From Nymphon striatum (Eukaryota), in contig JABFOP010000225.1 of NCBI GenBank assembly GCA_016618385.1, positions 79,735 through 143,734 on the forward strand: 64,000 nt of DNA. Direction: 5' to 3'. Each line of letters begins with the position of its first letter. The first letter of the stretch is position 1. The translations under genes were made by a program, and so were the position numbers. Below the pieces are notes generated by a model. That model had not been told where the DNA came from. It ran no database searches and saw nothing but the letters and a program-made list of their open reading frames with translations. Below, piece after piece: positions 47,541 through 60,225 of this stretch.

Positions 47541-50438
47541 TTTTTATTTTTTGTCCCCATGTTAAAAAAAACGTCCCTACAGAATTCGCGAAATCCAAAT
47601 TACGTTTTCACTTTTATTTGTGTCTAACAACCCCCACAGACATGATATAGGGATCAAACATTTAATAATAGGGGTGTCACTTCAAAATCAAATTTTGAGG
47701 TCTCGAATCACTGACTTATTAGTAAACCAACAAGTTAACCCTCTAAGCAACATACCATGCACGCTTGATCTTGATAAAGTACTACTTTTTGTAACCATTT
47801 GTGGCGCTCTGATGCAAACGAGATAGTTCAATAAATACAGTTGAGTTATCGCAGTTACAGCGCAGTTACAGCGCAGTTACCTTTGGATCTATGGTAATAT
47901 TCACCCAGAGACATCGGAATCTAAAACTATTTTCTTTATTTGTATTTATACTATTTTCTGGTCATACCTACCAACAAGACCGTAAATACATCACTGAAAT
48001 TATTTGTTAATGAAATTACTTATAGTTATAATTAATTAATTAATTAGTTATAGTGATGAATAAATAATTTTAGAGATGAATTTATGGTCTTGTCCATACG
48101 TCCAGATACATCCAGGTAGGTGTGACCAAAAAATAGTAGAAATACAAATGTATAAAATAGTCTGATGTCTGTCTCCCAGTGCCATTTGTTGTTGGTTTCT
48201 TAAAATTATTAAACATAATTATTTATAATATCTGTCTAGCATGCACAATTAGATCTTTAGATAGTAAATTTATGTTAAAATGAAGTTGTTTATATATAGC
48301 TTAATATCTAAACTATGAGACTGTTATTCTTTACTACCATTTGCTTTTTTTTAGGAAGTTAATCCATTTGAAACGAAATCAGCTTAGCATACACATTTTC
48401 ACCCATTTTCATTATATCTGCATTTTTAAGAAGAATTAAAAGTGCAAATTACTGTGTTAATTACATTAGACCTACATGATTAAGATTTTCCAGCCAATAA
48501 GGTTAAGCAGAAAACATTTATAATAAAATAATTTTAATTTGAAAGTTTATTTTATAGCCAGGAACAAGTCCATTCAATTATTCTTTAATCTCATTTCATC
48601 CACAATATACCCAGAAAATAATTTCTTTTTTGAAGAAAGTTTAAGTGTGAACATGAGTAGAATTTACTTCTTCCAAGCATTATCATTCCACTAGTACTTT
48701 AAAAATACTGTGACAGAAAACACTTTGCTTCACTTCACGGTAACTTTTTAACTTGATAAAACCAAAAAGTGAGAGTAATTTTAAGAACAAATTTCATCAA
48801 AAGTGAACATATAACTCTCAGTGATCTCCAGCAGTTCCTTGGGGATGGCATGTTTTTACTTGACAATGAGGTATATGATGTAACAGAATAATCATATAAA
48901 TGTAAAGAGAGTGTCTCTAAAATTACTTTAAAAACTCTTTTACTGAAACCTTTACCTTGTAACTGCCTTTTACAATGGTACAACTTTTCCGTTCAATAAT
49001 ACTTGGAATATAATTTAGACACTCTTGGTTGGTTTGAATTCAAATATATACACTCTTTTGTTTGATAATTCGATTGTACAGCAAGTACAGATGTATTCAT
49101 ATGTGATAGGATCTGTTTATACTAGCTGTTTGTACCTTTGGAAGCTGGAGAACAATCTACAATAAATGACGGTGTGCACACCTCAGGAAACTATTTAATT
49201 TATCCCCACTAGCCACTATATATAGCATTAGTTATATATTGTCAACATATATCAAGTATAAGCTAAATTCAAACCAACCGAAAGTGTCAAATTATATTCC
49301 CAGTATTATTCAATGGACGCAAAGTATGACCACTTCACCAAAACCAATACAGCAAAAATAGGGAACACGAAGAATCCTTGAAGAAATCATGGATTTGCAG
49401 CTAAACCAATTATGGGGTAGCATGGATATTAAAGTACAACTACCAATATAGCAAATGTGTCCCAAAATATTAACAAAATCAGAAAAAGAATCGGCTTCCT
49501 TTCACCCAGACAAAAATTTGCCTACATGATAAAAAAAAAATCCAATTGATCAAACTTGTGAAGAACAGTCAAAGAAAACTTTAAAGTTCTGCAGTTGACA
49601 GTTGACAGTTGACAGTTGGATATATATTGTCCAGAATACATCCAGAATACAACCATACATCGATCAATATTTCGAATCTGCTAAATTTATGTTTTTAGAT
49701 TCAGTGACATCAACCATTTTTTGCTGATCAAAAGCTGATGGCAACTAAAATCTAAAATCCATTTAATTCTAAATTTTAAAACCAATTCATGTTAGTGTTC
49801 GATATAAGCATTAAGAATTTAAGCATGCTATGATTAAAGTCTCGTTTTACAGCTTGTGCTGAAAGCCAGATAATTCGCTTAAAATGTTTGCTTTTCATAT
49901 TTAGATAATTGAATGGAACCATAGAACAAAATGTGAAAGTTAAATTGAAAATTAGATATGACAAGCAAATGGAAAGTTAAATAGCCTCTATTTCAAGAGC
50001 CATATCCTTTTTATTTCGATCCCTTAATTGAACAGTTCTCAGTTACTCAGCTATAATTCGAAAGACAGCATCGTCTCAAATATATATATATATATATACA
50101 CGAGTTGAAAATTCATTTAGAATTCGAAGTACAAATTATTAGAATTTCTTTTAGAACTCCCTTTTTGAATTTGTTGGTGAAATCTTGGTGAAATCTTTAA
50201 CAAAACAATAGTAACAGAAATTACAATTCGTAAAACGGAAAAACTGTTGAAAAACTGCAAAATATAATAGAAACTGGTCAGCTCAGGAAACCTGCTCCGC
50301 ATAAATGATGAACTGCGAAGATAATTTTACTAAATGAAACCGAAGACTGACGACCCAAAGGCCGATCTGGATTAATATGGAGACAACAAATAGAAGATAT
50401 CATGAATAAAATAAATATATCTTTAAGGGGCCTGTTAC

Positions 50439-51611
50439 AACCATTTTTGTGATATTTCCACTTTTGTGATATATTTCGCCCATTTTTGTGAGATTTCTTG
50501 AGGTCACGACATTTGTGATTAACTTTTTTACCATTAGATATAACAAAAGTCTGCAACTATCACAAAAGTGGGCAAATTGTGTTTTAAAACTCAACCAAAA
50601 ATCTTTAAATTATCGCAACCTGCGGCTTTCACCGTTTTGAGCGGAGAGGAGCTCCTGCCGACCGTAATCTGTTCTTTCAATCGCTACGTTGATTTGAGGC
50701 ACGGCAACTTCACAACATGGACCTCTGCCACAGAGACCTCTACACAATCGGTCGGCAAGGCTGGTCATGGGGGTACTGTAAAATCGGTCAGGAGCCGTTG
50801 CAACTTTCCTGGTGGCAGCACTCTCAATGTAACGGATTTTCATATTAAAATGTAGGTGCTGCTACCTGGAATGCAGCGACAACGGCCCCTGACAGATTTT
50901 ACAGAATATTGTCGGGATCGGACTAGCTTCAGACTTCATCTTTGAAGACTGTGTCGGCGGTCCGTGATATGATAGGGAATGACTCGATTTTTTCTCTCTG
51001 AATCATGGTGGTACGAATCCAATTGAATCGAATCTCAATGCTTCGCAGGGCCCTACCTGGGCCTACTTAGTGCAATCGAAACTAGAAGCCATAGGATTTA
51101 TGTTGAATACCATTTGTCCTTTGTCAGCGGTAACTCCTGAAACAGGCTGCTGAAAAAGATAGATGATTTTTGATCGAACGGCATTTATGCCAAGTAGCTA
51201 ATGTAGCTACTTGCTAAGTAGCTACTTGCTAAAGTAGCTTTTCTTCATCTAAGAAAACTCTGTAATCAAGATAGCCTATTAAAGGCATCTTTACTCACAA
51301 AAAACTTTGAACTACAGTTCCTAATGTTCACTCTTCCATTATTATGCAATAAGGGAAATGGACCCGATTCGATCAAGTATATGAAAAATTTAATCACAAA
51401 AGTGGTCGATATTAAATCACAAATGTCGTGACCTCAAGAAATATCACAAAAATGTGCGAAATATATCACAAAACTCGTGACCTGATCAAATCACAAATCG
51501 CGTCGATTTTGTACAAAAATGGGCGAATATCACAAAAGTGGTTAAAACATCACAAAACTGGTAACCTAATCACAAAAGTGGAAATATCACAAAAATGGTT
51601 GTAACAGGGCC
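50439..51611. mobile_element. ~1.17-kb non-autonomous TIR element. TIR is GGCCTGTTACAACCATTTTTGTGATATTTCCACTTTTGTGAT... with multiple subterminal ATCACAAA(A/G) repeats.
   Basis: 50439-50580 is the reverse complement of 51470-51611. The interior carries a relatively GC-rich ~500-bp segment (50600-51120) with no convincing ORF. Confidence 0.7.
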
Positions 51612-52960
51612 ACAAGACACTTTCCTAGGATCGACTAAAATTTGAAAGAACCTCGATCATCCAGTAGAAGAGGATCGAATTAAGTAACAACTGAAAAGAT
51701 TATACTTCATGAGATTGGATTGGGTTTTTTGGGGTAATAATTTGTTTTGATTAATACTTAAATTATAACTTTTTTATTGTCACTAATGTTTTGAGCTGAA
51801 GTGTGTACACTGTGTAAATCTTCAGTACTTTAGGCGCCTCCAAGTTTTCAAAATCAAATTAATTTCTAATTTTGTATAGTTAATGGTGTATGAAATTTTA
51901 TTCAGTGGAATAAAGTGAAGAACTTATCCTCTATTTGTAAAACCAGAACTGCGATCTTTAGAATGGTGACGAATTTATCAAGTTTTCTAGTCTCATTATT
52001 ATAATACCATTACTTAATTAGAAACATTTATCATAAGTGTCAGCAAATGATAAATTGCAGTTCTGAAGAAAATATAGAGAAAGTTGATTACATTCGGAAG
52101 TAGTAGAACTGAAATGATAATGCTTACATATTACTCAAATCGTTCAATCGTTCAAAACTCTGCTTAATTAAACATCATGCTTAATTTATCTTCTATAGCT
52201 CGTTAACAATCTGTTCAACACCAGCTTTATCATAAATTTTATTATAACATAAATAAGATCAATAAAAATTTCATTCTCTTTATTAAAAATTTGTTTACTA
52301 TTTTTCTTTTGTGAATGCTTCAAAATGTACAGCTTAATCATTAGACTTCTTCAATATGATATTATAAATGTATTTATTTACCTCGTCCCAAAGTAACATT
52401 TAAAGAGAAAAATTATTACAATGTCATGTAGAAATTCAGCAAAAATATATAAAAAAATAAAATTTAACAATGTAACAATGAACGTAAAATTATAGTACTT
52501 ATGAAAAATTTATAAAGAGTAATTTTCTGAATGTTTTACAAAACAACCAAATAATTTTAAGTCTAAATAAGAGGATGAAGATGAAGAAGAAACACATAAA
52601 AGGAGTTCATTAACAACAACTTTTAAATCGTTTGGTCCTCTATAAAAATATCTTGAAATTAATTATATAAAATATAATTTGCTTCTTTGTTGGGCTGGGT
52701 TAAACGACCCACCGATACCTTAATAAAGCTTATTTGGAGTCGTACTTCATCTTCTTATTTGGAATATTAAAAGAGTTGGAAAAAGTAAATATTATCGATA
52801 GGAGAAGATGAAGGGGATGAACCTTCAACTCATTTTGAAAAATCTCTGAAATGATAGAACAGGGCGAGTTAACCCTGAAAGATCCTGCAATTTTTTCACT
52901 CATCCGACCATTTTCTATTGTTTTAATTGATAAAACATTAATTTGAATCAGCGCAGCCAT

Positions 52961-53280
52961 TTGTGACGTAACACCTGTTATTAGTGACGTAGCTTCTGTT
53001 GTTAGTGACGTCACATCAGCCAACGGTAGTAAGATAGTAATGTATTAGATACATGTTGCATCTGAAAATAATTCTTGATCACACCGAGTCTACTCTAAAT
53101 GACATAAACATTTACACGTAAAACCAGTTTCTCCTCCTCGGCTCGAATCGATACGGTGAATAACTCGCATTATTATTAAAAGTGTCCTGTCACTGATAAA
53201 TCTATATAAGCTTGGTGAACTACTGGGCAGATGTTTCATCACGACTGAGCCACCGAGACGTCACAGGCGTCACGTGACTG
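52961..53280 (+). promoter_or_regulatory. Cluster of CRE/ATF-like TGACGT motifs with a TATA box. Three 21-bp tandem units (GTGACGTAACACCTGTTATTA / GTGACGTAGCTTCTGTTGTTA / GTGACGTCACATCAGCC) include the palindromic TGACGTCA (53006-53013). A TATA box CTATATAAGC is at 53202-53211. Downstream are GACGTCAC, GCGTCACGTGAC and the E-box CACGTG (53257-53278).
   Basis: Motifs read directly from the sequence. There is no supporting gene model downstream in this window. Confidence 0.35.
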
Positions 53281-55616
53281 TCCAAAATGGCAGCTCCAAT
53301 ATAAGTTATTTTAAAATACGTTTAAAAATACTAAATGAACTACAAAACAATTTAAAAATTCAGGAATCGTTGTTTGATATATGTGCTATGGATTGGAACA
53401 ATTGTTTTTCACACCCAATAATGGCATATCCCTTTAAAGGGCAACTAAAACATCCAAAACATGTTTAATAATTTAGGAATATTTTAACGAAAGAAAGCAA
53501 CACAAACTGTTACTGTCAGAACCACACAGGTCAGGTGTTTTTAAAGGTAAAAAAGGTAAATGAATAACCCAGGTATCCACGGTGCGTCATTTTCGTTTTA
53601 CAAAATTGTTTAGGTGGGCAAATAAAACTATCTTGGCTTCCGCTAATATATTGATAATATACTTATCGGAAGTTATGTTTGTCATAGTAATATTTCGAAG
53701 TATGCATTTGAGTTATAGATGTTTTAGTGACTCTTTAAAGAGAAGTTGTGCCAATTAATGCACCACTCCTTTAAGTTGAGGCTTTATCTTCTAAGCTAAA
53801 GTTGAGTATCAGCAATGCTAGTCAGCCGTTGTCAGGTATGATCAACAAAATGAATTTAATAAATATCATACCAGAAATTTAAATCATATTGAAAATATAT
53901 CATTACATATTTAGAAAAAAATACTAAATTTTCTGTTATTGTTGATAAATATGGAGATCTAATTGCTTAACCCTGAAGAGCCATAAGTCTCTCATGTGAA
54001 TTAAAAAAACGAAAAAAATCTTTCATCTGATTATTCAAACATAATTAAATGTTTGAAATTTGTGTGAAGCTAAACTGTAAGACCGGTGGATTTACTCTTG
54101 TGAATCCAAGTGATGCTGCCGTCTATCATAGTCAATAAAGCAATCTTTAGACAGAGTAATATTACTTGCAAGTTGGAAACAATTAGTATATTTATGTAAA
54201 TATGTCCAGAATTTCAAGAGTTAGCTAAATTTTAACAGGGAAATCGAAAAACTCCGAATGGAAACATTTATTGTAAAAGAAGTGAACATTTTCTACAAAT
54301 GACCAATTTTAATCAAAAGTGACATTATTATTCAAATTAACTTAGTTTAGTTAATTTTAATAAAATATTAATTGCACACAAGTGTTTATTTTTATCAAGG
54401 CATACATTAACTTTTGCTAAAAAAAAAAAAAAAACGTTCCTCAAAACCTCAAGACTGACAAAGAATCCAAAAATCGGAAATTTATTAACACAAAAGAAAT
54501 TTAACAACAAACTAACAAAATTTAAAATACGTCAGTCTTGAAGGCCACATGCTCCTACCAGCGCATGCAACGATGACGTGCAACCACTTTTTGACCACAA
54601 TTACGGACAGTTCCTCAGTGCAAATTGCCTGTTGCCCAAGCAATAAACCCCAAGGGCCAGCCACCATTTGTATACAATCCTACGGTGCAAATTGCCTGTT
54701 GCCCAAACAATGGTTTCATTCTAAAATTCTCCGCCTCGTCTCTTCAACCTCCGCGTCCTCGCTTGAGGGCATTAACTTTTGCTACAGCCACTTCACTCCA
54801 CTCAGTTAAGGATGTGTGATGAATCAGTAAAATACAACTGGTAAACAAAACGGCAAAGTGAAGAGGTCAATGAAGAGTCTATACTACACTTACAAACATA
54901 TTCTATTTAAAATATTGTTGAGTTCATACATATCTTTTGTTTTAAATCATCTCGTCACAATGATCTTAAACTCCAAACCAGTCTACTGCTAAGCAAATGC
55001 GTTCCTTCAGTTCTTTCAAATTTATCTATTAATGTCCCCCTTCACCATTATGTTAAACTTGAAATTTAACAAGATTCAAGTCAATTAAGAATGTTTGAAA
55101 TGCGTGTTAAATAGCCCACTTCACTATTCGAAGAGGGCAGCACAGGGATATTTTCGTTATGCGTTTATATTTTAGCTGTTTATATTTTCTGAGAAACTGG
55201 AAGTTAATAAATTATTCTCCGTGATCCGCAAACCAAACATTTTGCGTGACTCGCGAAGAATGCGAAATCAATAACTGATATTTGAGATTTCGCCACTTAT
55301 TTGACGCGATTTTGAGTTACAAGTTTTGGAGCCTTTGAATTTATTTTACATCAGCTTCCTTTTAAAGCTTTGATCCAAGTGAAGACTTTCTAAGGTTTTA
55401 TCAAGTTAAGTTCAAATGGCAACAAATCCGATTGGTTAACCGAATGTCTGTTAATCCAAATGTGTTAACAAGATATTTTGACTTTCTTCGATCCAAAATT
55501 GCATTTGAAATTTTGGCAGGAAAGGTATCCAGTGGTTCTATGACCTAGAAGTTAAACTGTTAAATTTCTCTTATTTAATAGGACTATTTTTGCGCAGATT
55601 ATTGCAATCTATAGTA

Positions 55617-55880
55617 TATAAGAAGCACTATTCATCATCATCATCAGCCTGTACCGGCCCACTGCTGAGCAAAGGCCTCCCGTCTAGATCTCCAGTCCTC
55701 TCTATCGGCAGCTCTTTCCACCAAATCCCTGTCAAACTTAGCTATATCATCTACCCACCTTCTCTTCGGTTTTCCCCGTTTTCTTCCTCCTCTATCTGTT
55801 ATCCAAATTGTGGATTTAGTGGTCCATCTATCGTCTGTTCTACGGGTCAAGTGTCCGGTCCAGTTTCACTTGCTACTCTT
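55617..55880 (-). mobile_element. RTE-like LINE 3' tail copy (minus strand), followed by (CTTTAGAA)n at 55876-55906.
   Basis: Minus-strand translation gives ...TRRTDDRWTTKSTIWITDRGGRKRGKPKRRWVDDIAKFDRDLVERAADREDWRSRR... It ends in (TCA)n, which is GATGA on the other strand. Confidence 0.8.
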
Positions 55881-56349
55881 TAGAACTTTAGAACTTTAGA
55901 ACTTTAGAAGAGAAGCACTATTAGCGCAAGCTAAATTAAAGTCAAATTCTATTTTTTACATTTTAACAAAGATGTTGGCGTCACGGGATGTTGCAGTCTC
56001 TTCTTAATTATTAGGTATTCGGAGATTTCCTAGAAAAACTTATTAAAGTCTCTAGAAAGGAAATAATTCAAATGCACAAAGTTAAAGAGATACTCCACTC
56101 ATCGGGTGTAACAAAAAAAAAAATCAATCCATAGTACATAAATATCAAACATACATGTAATGACGCACGCAAATGTAATAAACGTACGTAGATGGCGGTG
56201 CCCGTTAAAATTAATTGTTTATTAATTAAAACAATAAAAAACGATGTAGGTTGAGTGACCAATATCAGGATATGCTTAACTCGTCCTCTTCAATCATTTC
56301 AGCAATTTTTCAAAATGTGTGTCCATGAGTGGAGTGAATATCCTTTTAA

Positions 56350-56891
56350 CCCTATTAGGGGCAAGAGGGGGGGGGACGGATTCTGACCCCCATCGGTTTT
56401 CTCTAAATATCGATTGAATGGAAAGAGCTTTTTACCTGAAATTTTTGTCACTTTACCTAAAACTTCACATGGAACATGAAAATAAATTTATTTTTGGAAA
56501 AATATATATTTAATTACCCCAAATTTGACCTTTATGCACCCAAAGCGACCAAAAACTGGAAAAAAATATTTGTATAAAAACCGGAATTTACGTTAATCTC
56601 TTATGTAAATCTCTTATATAAATCTCTTAGAAAATCAAATCAGAATTTAAAAATCTTTAGTATAACTCTTTAGAATGCAATTTGAAAAAAGCGATTTCTA
56701 TAAATGTTTTGATGAAGTCAGCAAAAAATAGTCGCCATTTTGAAAATTTGTTCCGCCCATTTTGTTTATTAGGTGTCCGAGCATAAGTGTGCCAAATTTC
56801 AGACCGAAAGCTCTTTTATATCAAAAGTTATAAAGGGGGCGAAATCTCCCTCTGCCCCTACACGCGACCAAAATACCCTGCCCCAATAGGA
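56350..56891. mobile_element. piggyBac-type MITE (~540 bp). TIRs CCCTATTAGGGGCAAGAGGG / CCCTGCCCCAATAGG, flanked by TTAA on both sides.
   Basis: TTAA at 56346-56349 is immediately followed by CCCTATTAGGGG. ...CCCCAATAGGA is followed by TTAA at 56892-56895. The interior is AT-rich and non-coding. Confidence 0.6.
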
Positions 56892-57143
56892 TTAAATAAC
56901 TTGGTATGCAATGAGTTTTGCAGTTAAGATGAAAAATTATATGAATTATTCAAGAATAAAAATTAGGAAAACAAATTCTTAAATTCTGAAACTGAAAAAG
57001 ACTTATTGTATATGCTTAAAGATTTAATAAAGGGAAGAAATCAACGTTTTCCTTAGAAGCCATTATCACGCATTTACTTTCCATAATATTAACTTATTCA
57101 TTTCCTTTTTTACCACTTAGTATGACTTGTTCTACCTACTTAT

Positions 57144-57331
57144 CAGTTATATAAGCATATATGAGAGAGATTAAGCTATAAGGAGATTGTCGGAATTATT
57201 ATCGAAGATCAAAAATATTATAAACAATAGTTGCTTACCAGCTACTATTGTTTATAATATTTTTGATCTTCGATAATAATTCCGACAATCTCCTTATAGC
57301 TTAATCTCTCTCATATCTGCTTATATAACTG
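57144..57331. repeat. Near-perfect palindrome. Two ~94-bp arms around a centre near 57237, with one mismatch in the arms.
   Basis: CAGTTATATAAGCATATATGAGAGAGATTAAGCTATAAGGAGATTGTCGGAATTATTATCGAAGATCAAAAATATTATAAACAATAGTTGCT is followed by its reverse complement (AGCTACTATTG...CTTATATAACTG). Confidence 0.95.
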
Positions 57332-57470
57332 TTGATATATTTTGGATATTTATATCTTATTTTTATTGATTCTGTCAGAGATTTTGAGATAATCACTGGT
57401 AAAGAAAAAAAGATAAATATGAAGCTTCTTCAGACTGAGATCAAGACTGAGTTTCCTGTTTCAACTTTAT

Positions 57471-58867
57471 TAAGTGCTTCGTGCTGCTAAAGCATAAAAC
57501 AAAATTTTTGCTGGGATTACACGCCTTTACATTGGGGAGGAAAGTTCTCAGGAATATTGAACTTTATTCAACTCACAAGCACTAAGTGATTCCCCTCTTT
57601 CATACGTTACTTTTATTGCAATGATTGTGGTACACTTATTATGCAACTCCTACCTTCAGCTGTCAACATTTTTTCCATTTTATTACGTTCCAGGGAAGAG
57701 ATCCGGTGGCATGTCCCTCCGGAAAAGCTTAGAAAATTTAAAGCTCTGTAGTGTATTCTGGAAGTTTTTAAGATTTATTCTTGGAGATTTATAAAACACT
57801 ACTCATTTGCCTTGCTATTCAATGTATAATCGACGTTTATTATTTGTTTTTAAATTTTATTCATATTAATCCACAATTTTCACAATTTTTTATAATTTAT
57901 TTATTCAAGTATATTTATACAAACAATTCTTAATAATTTTAATTGTTTTTATCAATTATATAATAAATACACTTGATCCCACAGAGCAGCGCCGAGGATA
58001 AAAAATTGATCAAATTGAGCAGTTTTATTTAATTAATTAAAATACAAAACAACGGAGGAATTGTTAATCTGTTTTTATCTTGATGACCTCAACTTAGTTA
58101 TTATGCATTGTGTAGAAGTTGACGCATCTACGCGACCCAGAAGAGATTGAATTTGGGGAAACTGAGCATTCGAACTGGGCAGGAATCCTGGCGGAAATTT
58201 ATTGAACTAAATTTAGGAAATTTAAATATAGATGACGCCTTTCCTCGAACTGGCAAGGTAGGAAATTATGCAGGGATTGGACACATTAATGGAAACACTT
58301 AGTGAATTATAGAGATTCTTTATTAATATGGTATGGAACCACCTTCAGCTTGAATAACAGATCGAATTCGTTTTGACTTTGAATTATATAAACGTTGAAT
58401 TGTGTTTAATGGAAAATTCTTGAACCATTGTTTATGCAAAACCTCTTGAATTTCCTTCCGAGATGCTGGAGGAGGATATCCGTTTCGTACTATGTTTTCT
58501 AAAACAGGCCATATGATGTTAAAACGATGTTAAGGTCTGGTGACTGTTGTGGTCAGGGAACTTGTTTAAATTCACTTTCATGTTCTTAAAACCTGTCTGA
58601 AGCACACCCAAAGATGCCTCTAATCCCGACTGACTGTCTAATGTCAATAATAAAGTATAGATAAATATAGAGCAATGGTAAATCAAGGGAACGCCCAAGA
58701 TCAGTTAGTACAGTTATAATTGGATCATCATCTTTCAAGAGCAATAAATGTTGTACCCACTTACGTTTCAATATTCCTGAGAACTTTCCTCCCCAATCTG
58801 CCCCTGTAAAGGCATGTAATCCCAGAAAAGATTTTGTTTTATGCTTTAGCAGCACGAAGCACTTAAT
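57471..58867. mobile_element. ~1.4-kb unit bounded by ~100-bp inverted repeats (57471-57575 / 58765-58867). It contains a Tc1/mariner-like transposase C-terminal remnant (minus strand, about 58250-58560) and the ORF 58586-58855.
   Basis: The reverse complement of 58765-58867 aligns with 57471-57575. Minus-strand translation gives ...FPDHNSHQTLTSF..ACFRKHSTKRISSSSISEGNSRGF..TMVQEFSIKHNSTFI, which loosely fits the Tc1/mariner WP..SPDL... / ...A.I.A.GG tail. The inverted repeat itself encodes the peptide LHAFTGADWGGKFSGI. Confidence 0.45.
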
Positions 58868-59292
58868 AGCATCTCATACAGTCGATATTACGTTGATTCT
58901 TTTCTTTTCCTGATACTATATACAACTTCAATGAACACAGCGAATCATAGATTTCAGGCAACAAAGGGCTATTACAGTGTCGGCCTCTTTGTGGTCATGT
59001 TCTATCATATGTGACCCACCACAGCAAAATGAGTCGTGATTCGCAAAATTGAGATTTGGAGTTATAAATACCAATAGAAAGATAAGAATGTCAGCTTTCA
59101 TTAAATCCAAACAGCTTTTCAATCCATCAACCGGTTACCGAATTATGACATTTTAAAGATGCCAGGGTATCGGAGATAAAAATAAAAAATATTCTGAGAT
59201 AATTGATCTTAAACATCATCATAATTGTAAGTTGTGAAACGTGTGTGAATTCAGCGAGAACTGTCGTCTGCCATCAATGAACAACATAGTAA

Positions 59293-59662
59293 TCGGCTAT
59301 AGCTCAGTTCGGAAATGTGCGAATTACGACTCATTTTGCTGTGGCGGGTCACATATTGTCACTCAACAATCTTGGTTTGTTTGATGAAACAAATGTCCCT
59401 GCCACACATACTATTTTTTTACAATCTGGAAACTTGACCTGTAGAACAGACGGTAGACAGACCACTGAAACCACAATTTGGATACCAGATAGGGGAGGAA
59501 GAAAAAGGGGGAAAATCGAAGAGAAGGTGGGTGGATGATATAGCTACGTTTGGCAGTAATTGGGAGGAGAGAGCTGCTGATAGATAGGACTAGATATCTA
59601 GAAGGGAGTCCTTTGCTCAGCAGTGGGCCTAGTTGAAGTTGTGGTGATGATGATGATGAACT
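59293..59662 (+). mobile_element. SINE with tRNA-like head (TAGCTCAGTTCGG) and RTE-like tail ending (GATGA)n. A partial inverted copy lies at 58978-59060.
   Basis: The tail encodes ...RTDGRQTTETTIWIPDRGGRKRGK..., matching the RTE 3' end at 21560-21700. Confidence 0.65.
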
Positions 59663-60225
59663 AGAGTTATATTTTATATGTTTCAATCTTATACCTTAAC
59701 TGTTCCGAAATTTATTTGTAATTTATCTCTATTCTATTTTAATACTCGATATTTAATAATGAACGTGTAATATTATATTATAATAAAGTGTATGTATAGT
59801 TTTAAGACTTTTTAAGACTTAAATACTTTAATATGTTAGGACCATTTTAATCCCTCTTTCTCCTCTTTCTCTCTCACTCTCACCGTAAATAAAGTTTGTA
59901 AGATTTTAACTTTTATATTACCCTGATTAATCCATACTGTAGTTCCAATAAGTTTACAAAATAAGTTGATCTTAATAATTTTTTTATTCAAATTCACAAA
60001 ATATTGCTTTCTATTTAGAATATCTTTGAAATTTCAAATACGGTAACATATTTAGAAATAAATATCTTTATGTTTTATTTTGAACGTTGATAACTCGCCA
60101 AAGAAGATGCAGGCTTGATTGTGTATTTTTAAGTTTAAAGATTTTTATTATTTAATGGCAAACTTAGCTATTTGATGAACCGAATTTTTGAACACTTTCT
60201 CTAAACATGGTTTCAGAATTCATAT

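Noticed and set aside
50568-50855. Overlapping ORFs on both strands (95 aa plus, 77 aa minus) in the GC-rich island
   Set aside because: Mutual overlap on opposite strands in a GC-rich patch is the expected artefact of composition. Neither has recognisable motifs.
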